Shown: piece by piece, positions 11,826 through 24,600 of the stretch
Layout: each line of letters begins with the position of its first letter
How positions within the stretch are numbered: the stretch's first letter is position 1
Origin: Macrostomum lignano
Taxonomy: Eukaryota
DNA length: 64,000 bases
NCBI GenBank assembly: GCA_002269645.1
Contig: NIVC01002336.1
Location: 97,053-161,052, forward strand
Direction: 5' to 3'
The notes under the pieces: model-generated
Database searches by the model: none
The model's input: only the letters and a program-made list of their open reading frames with translations
Told to the model about the DNA's origin: nothing
Translations under genes and position numbers: made by a program

Positions 11826-12754
11826 TACCGGTATGTATCTATGTATCTATTCTACGAGCCTATGTATCTCTCTGTCTGAACTTCAACTACTACAGCCGAG
11901 GGGGCATTTTCTATTGAAAAATAGGATGCAAATAGGATCTGGCAATGCGTGATGCAACACTGTCTTTAAAATATCGACTTCAACAAATTTGAAGCAATCA
12001 GTTAACGCAATTATATTTTCATTATTTAAACAGCGAATTCTGACACACACGCAGTGATAAACAGAAATAACTAGTGTGGAATGATTATTTTAACTTTGAG
12101 CTGACAATTTTATGCAGTCATACCGTGCGACTTGCACGCAGGAACGGATTCATTTGAATTCATAGTATAATGAAGTATTTGTAGATAAATATAAAACGTG
12201 CACGCATAGAAAACTCTTCTCTAGAAACTAAAGATATGACTGAAGTCACATAAAAATTGAAATACCATCTGAATAAACCAAATTAAGAAGAAGGAGCCAG
12301 AACTGAACATTTTCTGAGCACTGTCTCATAATTTTCGAATTGGCGACAAAAAAATCAGAAGGTGACATGGATTATAAAGCAAAACAGGAAGCCTAATTAT
12401 TCCGCTTACCTGGAATAAGTTTTATTGACAAGGGTGTCGCTTTTTAAGTAAAAAGTAGCTCTTTAACAATATTTTAATTTTCATTTGACAAAATGAATTG
12501 CTTCATTCAGTCTGGTTTATCAGACAACCTGAACCCGATTTTGAGCTGAGTCCCAGTCTGAGATCCTAAGATTTACACTATTGCTCTCTAGTGATGAAGC
12601 TAGCAATCATCAATTTTACTCAAAAATTTCATTTCGTAAGGCCAGACACCAGAAAGCAATCGCAGTGTCTTGATCAGATGATCAACAGGAAGCAAAGAAA
12701 ACTTGAAGTGTCTCTATGAGCAGAATTGAGCCTAGTCAGAACAGAGTGTGTCAA

Positions 12755-15222
12755 TCAATCGTTTTGAGAATATTGGTTCTCAAACTGAGTCTTGTAGGTC
12801 TGGAAAATGTCCTTCAGCCTGGCGAAGGTCGGCCTGTCTTCGGGCCTCTCGTGCCAACAGTCCAGCATCAATTTGTACACATGATCGTCGTTCTCGTTGC
12901 CCAGACTTCTAGGGTTCGGCATCCGGTATTTCTCTTTAGACACTCTGGTGATAATTTCTTTGTTTGGAATGTTTGCGTACGGAACTGCGCCCCTGGTAAC
13001 AACCTCGTAGATCAGTACGCCGTATGACCAAACGTCTGATTTGATTGTAAAATTTTCCATGGACTGAGCAGCCTCCGGTGCTGTCCATCTCACAGGAAAC
13101 TTGTTCTCCACTGCTACTGAGTAAACGTCCTCTTCTAGAAACTTGCTCAGACCGAAGTCGGCTACTTTAACCACAAAGTTGTGACCAACGAGAATGTTGG
13201 CTGCCCTCAAATCTCGATGGACGAAGCTCTTGGTCTCCAGGTACTCCATGCCTTCGGCAATCTGGCTCAACATGGTCACCATGACTTCAAATGTGATCTT
13301 ACCGACATCGCGATCCTTCATCAGGTAATTCTTCAGGTCACCGTTAGGCATGAACTCGGTGATGATGTAGATGGGGTCGTCTTTGGTGCACACGCCCAGC
13401 AGTTGCACTATTTTCGGATGGTGCAACTTGTGCAGAGTGCGGCCTTCGCTCAGGAACTCCTCCTTGCGCATGGCTCCCTCGGTCATGGTCTTCACGGCCA
13501 CCATCTGCCTCCGGCCGAGCTGGGCTTTGTGCACCTAAGATATGAAAGGCGAGCAAGACGTGTAGAGCAGACTGACTTATTGTGTGGATTTAAGCATGTA
13601 CTCATAGCTAACTCTTATGGTACTCGTATTGTAGATTGTACTCTTAAAATGTTGATTGTTTGCACTTTCGAGATGCGTACTAAAAAGCAAAAAAGTGTAC
13701 AAAATTCTGGCATGTTTTTAAAACGGAGCTTGAAAAAAGATACAGAATTATAGAATTGATAGAAGCAGTAATTTTAATCTCTACTGGTACAAGGCCAATT
13801 ATTCAACTCGCTATTCTTAGTGAAAATGCTTTAAAATTCAAGTTAAACTATCTGGCTGTTATTTATGCAAAGCAGTTTAGACTACTTAACTATACAAAAA
13901 ACGAAAACGCAAACTACAAAACTTACAAAACCCTACAAAATTTACAGCGGTGCTACTGCTGCTGCTCCTGGTTGCTAAAATTAGTGAACCAGTCATGTCT
14001 AAAAACTTGAAACCGCTTGCCGCTTAGTTTTTAGACGCCTCAGTAGGTTTGCCAGCTATCTTAGAACCAATCAATAATAATAATACACATGTAGCTATAT
14101 ACAGTAGAACTGCGTAGGTACAACTAGCCAGCTGGTGTCTGTCCTCTCAATTACATTTATAGTTGAAAGCACAGTGCAGCAACTTCTGCGCGCTTTTATC
14201 AGAGCAAGTGTGTCGCGTTGAACTCGGACCAAAAAAGGAAACTCCAACCATTGCATGGCTTACAAATTTATATAGGCTTATTGAACTTTATCTTCACCTA
14301 TCCGTCTCCCTGAAGCCTTTTTTCTTATAAGGATATGCAGCTCCAGATAAGTGCAGATAAATTCTTGACGGACAAGCGGTCAATTGGAAATGTCAATTTG
14401 GTTAAAATTCTTGCTCTAAATTCTAAATCTTTTTTTAACTGTCAGTTCTTGCGAGCCTTGTACTCGGACCAGAATAATCAGAATTGTTCGAAAAACGCTC
14501 GTACAACAGTTACATAAAAGCCAAACCTCTCCAAATGATCCGCTGCCCAGCTTCTCAAGAATAGTGATCCGCTCTCGTTCCACCTCAAAGTCGCGGAACT
14601 GGGCCGGGGGCACCCACACCTTCGGGCAGGGCAAACTGAGAGGCGCAGCAAGACCGCGGCCCAGCTCCTTGTAGTACTCCAGCAGGTCAGCCATTCCGTC
14701 AAATCTGTTGCTTGGCGATATGTAGTATCCGCCATTGTCCATCGCTTTCACCATGTAGTGACTTACTGTTGGTCGCATTTCACCGGTATTCTCGTTAAGC
14801 ACTTCGGATCGAACGCTCAGAGTGTACTTAGCAACTACTCTTTGCTGGTGGCAAGGCCGCAGCAGGTAGGTGCCCGGCTTGTAGCCTGGCATCAGTAAGT
14901 TACTCATCGCCTCGTGACGGTCGACGTCAAACCAGCAAGGCAGGGACTCCGGTCCGAGATCGAGGCGCTGCACAAAATTTGACGGTACGAAGCCGGTTTC
15001 GCCGTCTTTGTTGCGACACCAACACCAGCCTTCGACGTCCTCACGCTCGAAGTACAAGATTTCGTCTTTCTCGAACGACAAGTCGCCGGGTGTTTGGGCG
15101 GTATACGCGAACAAGGTTTTCATGCGTGGAGTGGGTTCCAATGGGATGTCCGACGAAACAGCGCGTGACTCAGACGGCGTACTAGGAACTCTGCCAATCA
15201 ATCGAGCGAAACACTGGCCCAT
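12755..15222 (-). CDS. Src-family non-receptor tyrosine kinase (SH3-SH2-kinase, about 491 aa)
   Basis: Exons 15222-14527 and 13534-12755 (GAG|GTTTGG...TTAG|GTG) give GSGSFGEVHKA. Also present: MGQCF myristoylation start, SH3 (ALFAY-like, EGW), SH2 (PCWF, GTYLLRP), VAVKTM, HRDLRAAN, DFG, activation-loop Tyr, KFPVRWTAPE and a C-terminal ENQY tail Tyr. Confidence 0.92.
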
Positions 15223-17623
15223 CCTTCTTCCAATATGAGTTTAGCTCGTAGCTTCAGTATTTTGACTCTGACCGACCAAGAATGCTTTAGTGCAGTGGCA
15301 TAGGCAATGCTATGGACTATCTACTTTATATGATTTATATAACGGACGCAAAAGCATGAGCTAAATATATGTAGCTCTGCTCTGCCGCTAAGTGAATCTT
15401 GCCGCAAGATACGCAGGTCACTCAATAATTATCTAGCCCCAATCCGAGGAAAGGAAGTTTGTCTTGATTCTTAATGTACAGCAGAGTTGTTTTGCGAACA
15501 AGCACGGCTGCAAACTGAGGAGCTCTGTGTGCGTTTTACTGAAGTGAGCACCTTGCCTCTGCGCACTTGTTATCTGTCGCCTGTTTCAGACCACACGGCC
15601 GTGTGCTCATTCCATGTGTGTTATAGGCATATAAAACATCGTCTTTTGGTAGCAAGAAATCCACAGGACCGCTAGTATTAACAAGAATTATGATATGACT
15701 AATTGACTGGAAGACAGACTAGAATAAGTAGTCTGGATTCTCAATTATTTGGCTCAGATCTGGTTTAGTTTTTATTCTTTAACCGGATCAGATGAAGCAT
15801 TTTCAACAATTCTATTTGCATCTGGGCTTCTTTAAATGAAACCGCGGGAGCAACCAAACCCCGGCCAGATTTAATAATTGCGAATATGAATCCAGCCGAA
15901 CGGATGCGCTATACTGATTGACATGTGATAGTCTTGTGTTCGAAAGATTTCAAGGTCACAATAACTCCTAAAACTTAGCTAGTTTAATTAGCAATAATAG
16001 AATATTGAGTATTCAACTTCCATTCTTTAACGACACAAACGTTGATCCAGGCGGTGGTGGAGAACTTTACAACTGTTTTACAACACTGAGATCTGCACGC
16101 TGGCGGACTGGCTGGAAGACCAAAAGGTGGACGCGTTGCACGCTCGCCAACCTTTGAGATGTTGTTCTACTCCAGACGGTAGGGGTCACATCATGCCTAC
16201 AGCTGGTACAGGTGCTGCTGCTAGCGCTGCAGACACTGCAGGCTTTTCCTCGGCTGACACTGGCGCCCGAAATCGTTCGATAGCGCGGCCTACATAAGTA
16301 GCATAGTGCAGCGCACTTTTTGACAGTTTTGCGAGCAGTTTATAAACACGAACAAAAAATATAATTTAATTATAAATAACTTCGAATTCGGAAGTTTTCG
16401 AACACATCGCTATATTTACAGTCCAGCGTCATAATATTATTTTGAAGAAGTGCCCACTATACAATAGCTAGCACAAATACGCTTTCAAATATTGTAGGAT
16501 TAAAGTGAAAGTGAAATTGACTACCCAGTAAAAGCGCAAAGTTGAACGCACATTCTAAATAATTAACATTAGATATACTGTAAGACTGGCAATTGAAGTC
16601 AAATTGAAATACCACTTGACTGGAATGATTGGCATACCGAAAATATTAACAATATTGTATTTAAAAAGGAAGCGAGAGTACACTCTAAATAGAACTGATA
16701 CTAGAAACTTTACAGAAATTGTGTTATAGATAGAACGCCAAAAAAGAACTCATGTACAAGTTATTATAAAATAACTATAACATACTCTGGCAAGGAAAGG
16801 CATCTGCTTTAGAGAAACTGACGTCAACAGAAATCAATATAGAGGCCTATATACGATACTCCGTACTAGTAGTATTAACTAACAAAGTGAATCAGAAAGA
16901 GTATAAGCAATGACAACAAATTCTAAGCTGATAAAATCAGGCATCAACTTGTCGCAGTCCCTATTGATCAAGTACCGACCACAGATACTAGAGTAACTAG
17001 ATGGCCCACTCAGTACATTTGCGTGTAAGCTACTTTCAGTTCAGTAGTAAGTACTAGTAATTTACTATTACTAGTAGTAGTAGTAAATCAAAAGCATTTT
17101 AAAGCATTTTTAAAGCCAAAGCTCATTTATTGGCTCTCACCCCACAGCTTAAACCCTCCAACTGGCGCCCTTCCAACCCCCCACCACCCCCCCCGCCCCG
17201 CCACAATTTTTATTGCCTTTCTCAGATTTCCAGCCTAAAGCTGCCATGTACATTTCAGTGGACTGGCTAATGTACATTATGACTGAACCAATTAGCAAGC
17301 TGTTTACGCCTGCAAGCTTGGGATTCTAAAATTATCAAAGTCATTTCAGCTGCCTTTATTTTCATAAAATAGCTTATATATTCTTCTTTACTACTAAACT
17401 TAAAGTAGAAAGCTATTTTACTAAGTTATATATGCCTGAGTGGCCCATCTAGTTATTTTAGTATCTCTGGTAGCGATGAACCAAAGTGAAACCAAAGCGA
17501 AGAAGGTAAGGAACAGTAGTTTAATATCGTACGTCGCATAACAATTCACTATAAGCCACCCATTGAAACTTTTGACTGGGTTCTGATCTCAAATACACGT
17601 ATATTGCGTGTATAACTCGTATC

Positions 17624-18802
17624 TCAGCTGAGGCTGGCTAAATTTCCAGCATCATAATATCGAGTTCTCACAATGTAGTCCAACATCTCTAGCGCTTCAC
17701 GACGGGTGCGCCTGCCTTTTACTGTCTTTTGCTGCCTGTGCTGTTGCGGCTCTGAGTGTTGCTGCGCCTCGTCGTCACTGCTTCGCTTTAGAGATGGATT
17801 GGCCTTTATAATGGCACTCACGTCCTGCGGCTTGTTCGCCGGTCTATAGCGCGGTGTCAGCGTGTTGATCAGTTGGACGCAGCGGGGGTCCGATTGGACG
17901 CGCCGCCTGGCGGACGCAGTCCTTGGTCGACGATCCTGCGTCGAAGACTGACCGCCGTAGCCCGATGGGGCGCCTGAAGCGATAGATCCGCGCGCCCTAT
18001 AGCTGCTGGACTGATGACGATAGCTGCGGTTATTCCCGGCACTGGTGACGCCAGGCAATCCTAGAGAAAGTGCCGAGGCTGGGGCAAATGCATTTGAGCC
18101 CAGACGGTGGCTGCCGGGCCGAGATGCAAATGCAGGCGGTTGGTCTGCCCATCCCACAGAACCACGAATGTGTGTCCGGGATGTCGACGGCCGCAATGGC
18201 TGCTGCTGTTGCTCGTGTACAGTTGGAAGATTCGTTGTTGCTAATGCCGCTGGGCTTGGGTCGGTTGCCTCATCTTGAGGGAGCGGTAAATTTAACCGAC
18301 TGCGTAGCTCAGCCTCGGTGAATTTGGAAACCTCATCTATGCTAAGACCCAGCCGTCTATTAGCCAGGATCATGAGCTTGGCGTGGACAGATCGCTGATG
18401 CAGCTTTTCAACTCCACTAGCACTTTTGTTGCGATACTGCTCAATGTCCATGCCTTGTAACAATCGGCCAAGTGATTTGGAACGGGCTTTGCGTACCTGA
18501 TGATCAATAAACTGATTGCGAACGTAGTCACTTTCATTCATCATCTTTTTTCGTTCTAGAGCCAGATCGTATAATCGGGTCTGGTAGAGGCGCTCCTCCG
18601 TCACATTCTCGGGCAGGTCGCCACCCATGCGACCACTGCCAGTTGCTGCGGCCGCCGTCGCAGCCGATGCGTTAGGAGTCGATGCCGACGGCTCCTCTGA
18701 TGGCTCCTCGTCACGCTGCTCGATCCAAGACTTGCAGTCCGGCGGCAGGGTGCGCCGCTGTTGGAAACGCGATGCGACATGTTTGTACCGGCCTATCGGC
18801 AT
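17624..18802 (-). CDS. Uncharacterized 392-aa single-exon ORF
   Basis: Long GC-rich open frame sharply bounded by AT-rich DNA and not repeat-derived. Helical-looking segment ERLYQTRLYDLALERKKMMNESDYVRNQF. No domain recognised. Confidence 0.7.
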   Translation of the reverse strand: MPIGRYKHVASRFQQRRTLPPDCKSWIEQRDEEPSEEPSASTPNASAATAAAATGSGRMGGDLPENVTEERLYQTRLYDLALERKKMMNESDYVRNQFIDHQVRKARSKSLGRLLQGMDIEQYRNKSASGVEKLHQRSVHAKLMILANRRLGLSIDEVSKFTEAELRSRLNLPLPQDEATDPSPAALATTNLPTVHEQQQQPLRPSTSRTHIRGSVGWADQPPAFASRPGSHRLGSNAFAPASALSLGLPGVTSAGNNRSYRHQSSSYRARGSIASGAPSGYGGQSSTQDRRPRTASARRRVQSDPRCVQLINTLTPRYRPANKPQDVSAIIKANPSLKRSSDDEAQQHSEPQQHRQQKTVKGRRTRREALEMLDYIVRTRYYDAGNLASLS

Positions 18803-21699
18803 GGCAGGAAGGATAGCTGCTTCGAGTCCCGCAAGATTCTGTTCTTTGGACGATTCAAATAAACCAAATGGCGCTGAAATACTTTTCTGGTCACAACCAC
18901 ATGGTACAGTTATATTTCGGACACTGACGCATCATTGTCCAATAGGAAACAACCAAGCAAGAAATATCTAAGTGCGAGGATGGCGCTACTTTCAGAATGG
19001 ACCAGTTTATTTTCTAGCCGGCAAAATTGGCAGATAACTAGACGGAGTGGGGTGGCTTTGTCGGAGGGCGCCCAAGAGACGAATGGACTGAAAACTTAAG
19101 CGAGTTATTTAGCTAGTGCAAAAGCCCTACCTCGAGCTGTATTTAGTATTGTGAGAAGCTGCAAGGCTCACAGCACTAACTAAATAAACGCGAGTTGGCA
19201 GCCAGCAATTTGATACTTTATTGCCGCGCATATAAAACGGAATGCATAGAATGAGCAACTAGCTGGCATAGACTCTGGGCAAAGTAGGAGTATTGTTTTT
19301 TTGGCAAGTTGCACCGTTGCGCATAGAATTAGCTAGACAAAAGAAGTAGAGCGTTCTCATCCACGTATCTATTGTTAAAAGACCGTGGGTAAAGCAAGAA
19401 ATACAACCAACAAACACCGTCTGTGCAGTAAGCCAGCGCTTAAAAAAGCCATCGAGCTCAAGCAGCCAATTTATCTTTCGTCTACATAAAATTGAATTCA
19501 TTTTCATTCTGTTGCAGAATTTACATTTTCAATGCGTTGGCGCCCTAAGGAGAGCAGCAGACATATATGGATCTCCTTTTGTGCACGGCTCCTGGCTCTA
19601 ATTTCATCTCGTCATGGGGGCTGCTTGTCTAAACGGAGCCTAACTGTCTTAATCTCGCATGTTGTTTCTCTCACATCTGTTGCCTTTTCTTCCTCGATTC
19701 CCACGGTACGACCCCCCCGCCTGGAGCCAATTATCGCCCAAGCACATATGCACCCTGCTAGCGACAGGCAATTGAGCCTTGACTGAAGGCTGCCTAGACA
19801 CTCGAAGCATTAATCAAGCCCTGAAGTTGCTAAGCAGCTTAAATGGAACAGCAGCAGCTTCAGGCACTCAACTCTAATTATCTGTGCACCAACTTAATCT
19901 TTTAATGGCCGATTTGGCAAGACTTTTAGTGGGACATAGGACTCGAGTTTCTTACAATGATAAATAAACAAAGCAACAAATAATTCTTTTGTCTGTCTAT
20001 TAATTTTAGAAAAAAAGAGATTTGTAGCAAACATCTTTGTCCATGACAATTTTACTCAAATAAGGTGATTTATAAAACTGAAGAAAGAATTGGTTCTTAA
20101 GAAAATGTGCTTTTTAATTGTTTTCCGTGAATAATTCTTTGCTCTTTGCTTATTGCGCGCCCCGAAGGGGGGCACTAGATTGCTAAACTAGTATTCTTAT
20201 TTGCTAAATTTGGTACACAAAACTTAAAAATATCACACCTTAGCATATACTCGTACGCGCTTAAACAAGTCGATCTACATAAAATAAACCTTCACTCGAA
20301 AGTTAAAGACTTAAGCCACGCTTACACTTTTATTGGCTAAAAGCTAGAAAAAAAAATGACTCAAGATAGTTTATCTGGAAAATTGATAGTATGTCAGTGT
20401 TCTTACCTCGCAAGCTGGACAATCATGAGATTGGTCTCTCGGATCTAAAATGATTCAATTTGCAAAGAAAACTTAGTCAGACTTGAACATAAAATTTTTA
20501 ACACTGGCTTACTTCTGCGGCTATTCAAACTCTCGGATACTATCAGGCATTAGAATGTCTAACATATTTATTTCAGCCATATGCTTGTCAATTTTCATCA
20601 TGGTAAATTATTGAAGTAGCAACATATACTACTACAACACAGCAGTAATAAATACGACACTTACTATGCTTTGCGCGGCGTCAATACAGTTAACAGCGGA
20701 AAGCGGAGCGGGTCATCTAAAATTGAAAAAATGACTGCAGACGCACGTGCGAATTCGGGAGTTTAAAAAAACCCTCACCCGTTTAGAGTTCAGAGGACTC
20801 ACCCCTCTTGTAGATCAAGACTGACACTGTGACAATGTTTGCACTTGACAGGACCTTAAGCATCCATTTTCATAGTATATGAAAACAAAGCAAAACCAAT
20901 TTTGAAGTCATCAATGAAACAATTTATCCCAAAAACACGAAGCGGCCTTAAAAAAAAGAATAATTTGCAGGCCTTCCTTCGAGAAAACTGCATTCCTTTA
21001 TATTTTTCATATCATCGGGGATGAAAAATGCAAGCAACAGGTTCCTTGTCTCCACTTCATTGCTAAAAGTTTGGCAGTCGAAGCGCTCTCTCAACAATCG
21101 CACAATAGTCAAACAGATGAATAAGCATGGCTTTTGCTACAAATTACTATGGAAACACGCACTTCACAAAAAGTTGTTACTAACGTCAGCAAAAAACGCG
21201 GCGATTTTTGTTAACTGCTTTTGCAGTGCCGTTATACATAGACGGCACTGTCTGCAATGCGTTTATAAATTTGAACTATCAAGTATTAAACGCTTTCAAC
21301 CAATAAATGTTTTTGGAAAAAATGGTTATTTAATTAAATTTTAAAATATGCGAACAATGCGACATAAAATAAAACTACAGAAGCGAAACTGACACCGACC
21401 AGACACGTTTATTTTTACAAGAAATCAATTTAAGCCAGACTTCATTATCAAGTCATTCGAAACTGCAGCTCGTCCAAGGGGAAGCCGCAGTTTGGACAAA
21501 TCTGGAAAGAAAGGTTTATAACAAAATATTTTATCCAGACTTTTATCATCGATAAATCAGAAAATAATTCTTGACTCATTGAGCAACAGATCAGTGTATT
21601 TATTAGATTCCACAGCAAGATTCGGATCAGACATTTTTGGGCATCATTTCTAAGCTGTAGCAATTAACATTGGCATACCAGAATCCGCTTACCAGGCGA

Positions 21700-24600
21700 T
21701 CAATCGGAATCAGACGAATCAGAATCGGACGAGTCCGGCGGCGCAGGCTTTTTGGCGGCCTTCTAGAAGACAAAACAATCATATATTATAATTCAAGGCA
21801 CATTATAAAGCTACTTGGTGGATATAAACTGAAGCGTACGACCCGCTCAAAACCATTAATTATCACCTTTGAAGCTGAAGCGCTTGGCGATGCGGTCGTC
21901 TCAGCCCCTTTGTCGTTAGCAGGTGACCTTAAATTGTTGTTGCATGCTTCATCATGTATAAATATATAATTCAGCTTAGGCACACGAATTTTAGATATTG
22001 TGAAACCACCCTGGCGGCGGCATCGTCCCACAACCAGCGCTGACGGCAAGTCTGCCCATTCCGCTGACCCCTGAGCACACTGCACAAGCGCGCCAATGCT
22101 GTACTCAGTCACAGCACTCATACACACGCTCACACAAGGTGTACAGCGAGTGAACAGTAGCAAATATACAATAGAAATAAACGGAAGAATTCGTTTACTC
22201 ACTTAGTAGCCGAGCCGGACTGCTCAAGCGGCGGGCAGTGCTGCAGCCACTCTTTCGGCGTCTTATCGTTCGGCTTGCCGAATTTGCCAAGCAGGCCAGC
22301 GGCAATGAGCTTCTTCTTCTCAACAGCCCGATTGCCGAGGCCCCATTTGCGCGGATAGGTGTCGCGCTCCATGATTACTCGCTTGGATTTGGCCACCATG
22401 CCGTGGTCGCAGGAGGCCATCACCGCCGTTGTCATCTGGGCGATAGCTGAGAATTAAAAAAATAGAGTACACATTTGTTTACCCACTGTTAATAGAGAAT
22501 TTTCAATTAAGGAATCCAAAAGTATTTTATAATCAATTTCACGCTGAAAAAATGCGATGTTTCATCTTCAACTTACCAATGCAGATGGCTTCGCCCTTAG
22601 TAGTGCAGACGACAATCTCTTCGCCAACTGAGATGCCGTCCTCGTAGCGCAGCACGCCGGGCAGCAGAATCCTGGCGCCGTAGCAGACTGCATTAACGGC
22701 GCTGTCCTTGACAAAGACGCGCTTGTGTCCGGTTAGCAGGCACTCAAGCGGCCGGATTGACCGGCGCAGATAGGACTCGTCTTTGTGATTCTCGTACATC
22801 CACTGGGCGTCTAGCACGTCGTGCATGGTGACCAAGTTGTCCTGTAGGAGGGGGTGGGGCAGTGTAATCGGTGCTGCTATACCGATGATAATAGGGCTGC
22901 GGGCGTTCAATCAGTGCTGACGGCAATTCTGCCCATTCCGCGCGCTGGATCCTGAGCACATACAAGCGCGCCAATACGAGGCATGCACTTATACACTCAC
23001 ACAGGATGTACAGTCATGACTGAATTGAGGTCAGACTCAGCACTTTATTAAGAATCCTATCTAAGTACCAAAAGCACTTTATTAAGAATCCTATCAAAGT
23101 ACCAAAAGCCCTTTATTAAGAATCCTATCTAAGTACCAAAAGCCCTTTATTAAGAATCCTATCAAAGTACCAAAAGCACTTTATTAAGAATCCTATCAAA
23201 GTATCAAAAGCACTATATTAAGAATCCTATCAAAGTACCAAAAGCCCTTTATTAAGAATCCTATCTAAGTACCAAAAGCACTTTATTAAGAATCCTATCA
23301 AAGTACCAAAAGCACTTTATTAAGAATCCTATCAAAGTATCAAAAGCACTATATTAAGAATCCTATCAAAGTACCAAAAGCACTTTATTAAGAATCCTAT
23401 CAAAGTACCATAAGCACTTTATTAAGAATCCTATCAAAGTACCATAAGCACTTTATAATCCTATCAAAGTATCAAAAGCACTATATTAAGAATCCTATCA
23501 AAGTACCAAAAGCACTTTATTAAGAATCCTATCAAATTACCATAAGCACTATATTAAGAATCCTATCAAATTACCATAAGCACTTTATTAAGACTCCTAC
23601 TGAAAACCTGTGTGTAACAAAACCCTACATACTGAATCTTGCTGTCCTCAAACATCAACATTCGATACCTTCTCTTTGTGCAGGCCGGATCGGACGCGAC
23701 GCAATTCAATCATCTGGCCGCCGACGCCAAGCAGCAGGCCGAGATGTACGCACAACGTGCGAACGTAGGTGCCGGCCTCGCAGTCAAGCCACAGAATGCC
23801 TACAGTTCAGCGTGTTAGATATTCATATTGAACCACATGCCTGCTCTAAATGGTTACTTCATTAAAACTCTTAACTATAACTAAACCTAAACGTTTTACG
23901 TGGCAACTAGGCACTTATACACTAGGAAAACCTGATTCACATTTTAATACGTGAAAGTAGTACTATGTGTCCTTTTAATGCTTTTTCCAGTTCATTTGCT
24001 TTTAAATTATCAATCTAAATAATGTCTGACTAAGTGAGTGACTACAAATAAACTGGTTGGGGTTCGGCAGTCAATTGTAGTAGATTTCTTCTTTTTAAAT
24101 GAACCAACAATAGTGACTACACTATTGCTGCGTTTTACTTTTAATAAAAGAAAATTTAATAGTTCTATCCGAATTTTTATGCCTTCCTTTGTTACTTTGC
24201 CAATAGCTAATACAAGCGTTTTGCTAAACAGGCTAAAACAGGCTCACCAATTCCTCTGTTGGCATTATACTCCAACAGCTTCGATTTATACACTGTTCGA
24301 ATTCGTAGCTGGCGTTTAACAGACGAAATCAATGGCGGCCGTTGGAACAGGGCGCCAGTGAGAGTCTCAACTGCGGCTAGAAGGCGTTTCTCATCCTTGA
24401 CCAGAGAGTGCAGCTTGAAAATGGCCACGTACTCTTTGCCAGCAGACTGCTGACTCTTCACTAACCGGGTAGCCCGGCCGATGCACACGATGAGGCAGCC
24501 GGTGACCTTCGGATCAAGGGTGCCGCTGTGACCAGTTTTGTCTACCTTCAGTATCTGCTTGACCCACGAGACAACCTCGTGCGAGCTGGGATTGCTCGGC

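Noticed and set aside
12716-13753. Plus-strand ORFs of 103 and 190 aa
   Set aside because: Antisense shadows of the kinase exon with no independent motif.
19259-19870. Short ORFs, including a VECLKLLL ankyrin-like word on the minus strand
   Set aside because: Interrupted by stops, with no further ankyrin consensus and no convincing splice structure.
22010-22147. snoRNA in DKC1 intron 5 or intron 3
   Set aside because: The sequence recurs in unrelated genes and has no H box after the first hairpin; it is the SINE.
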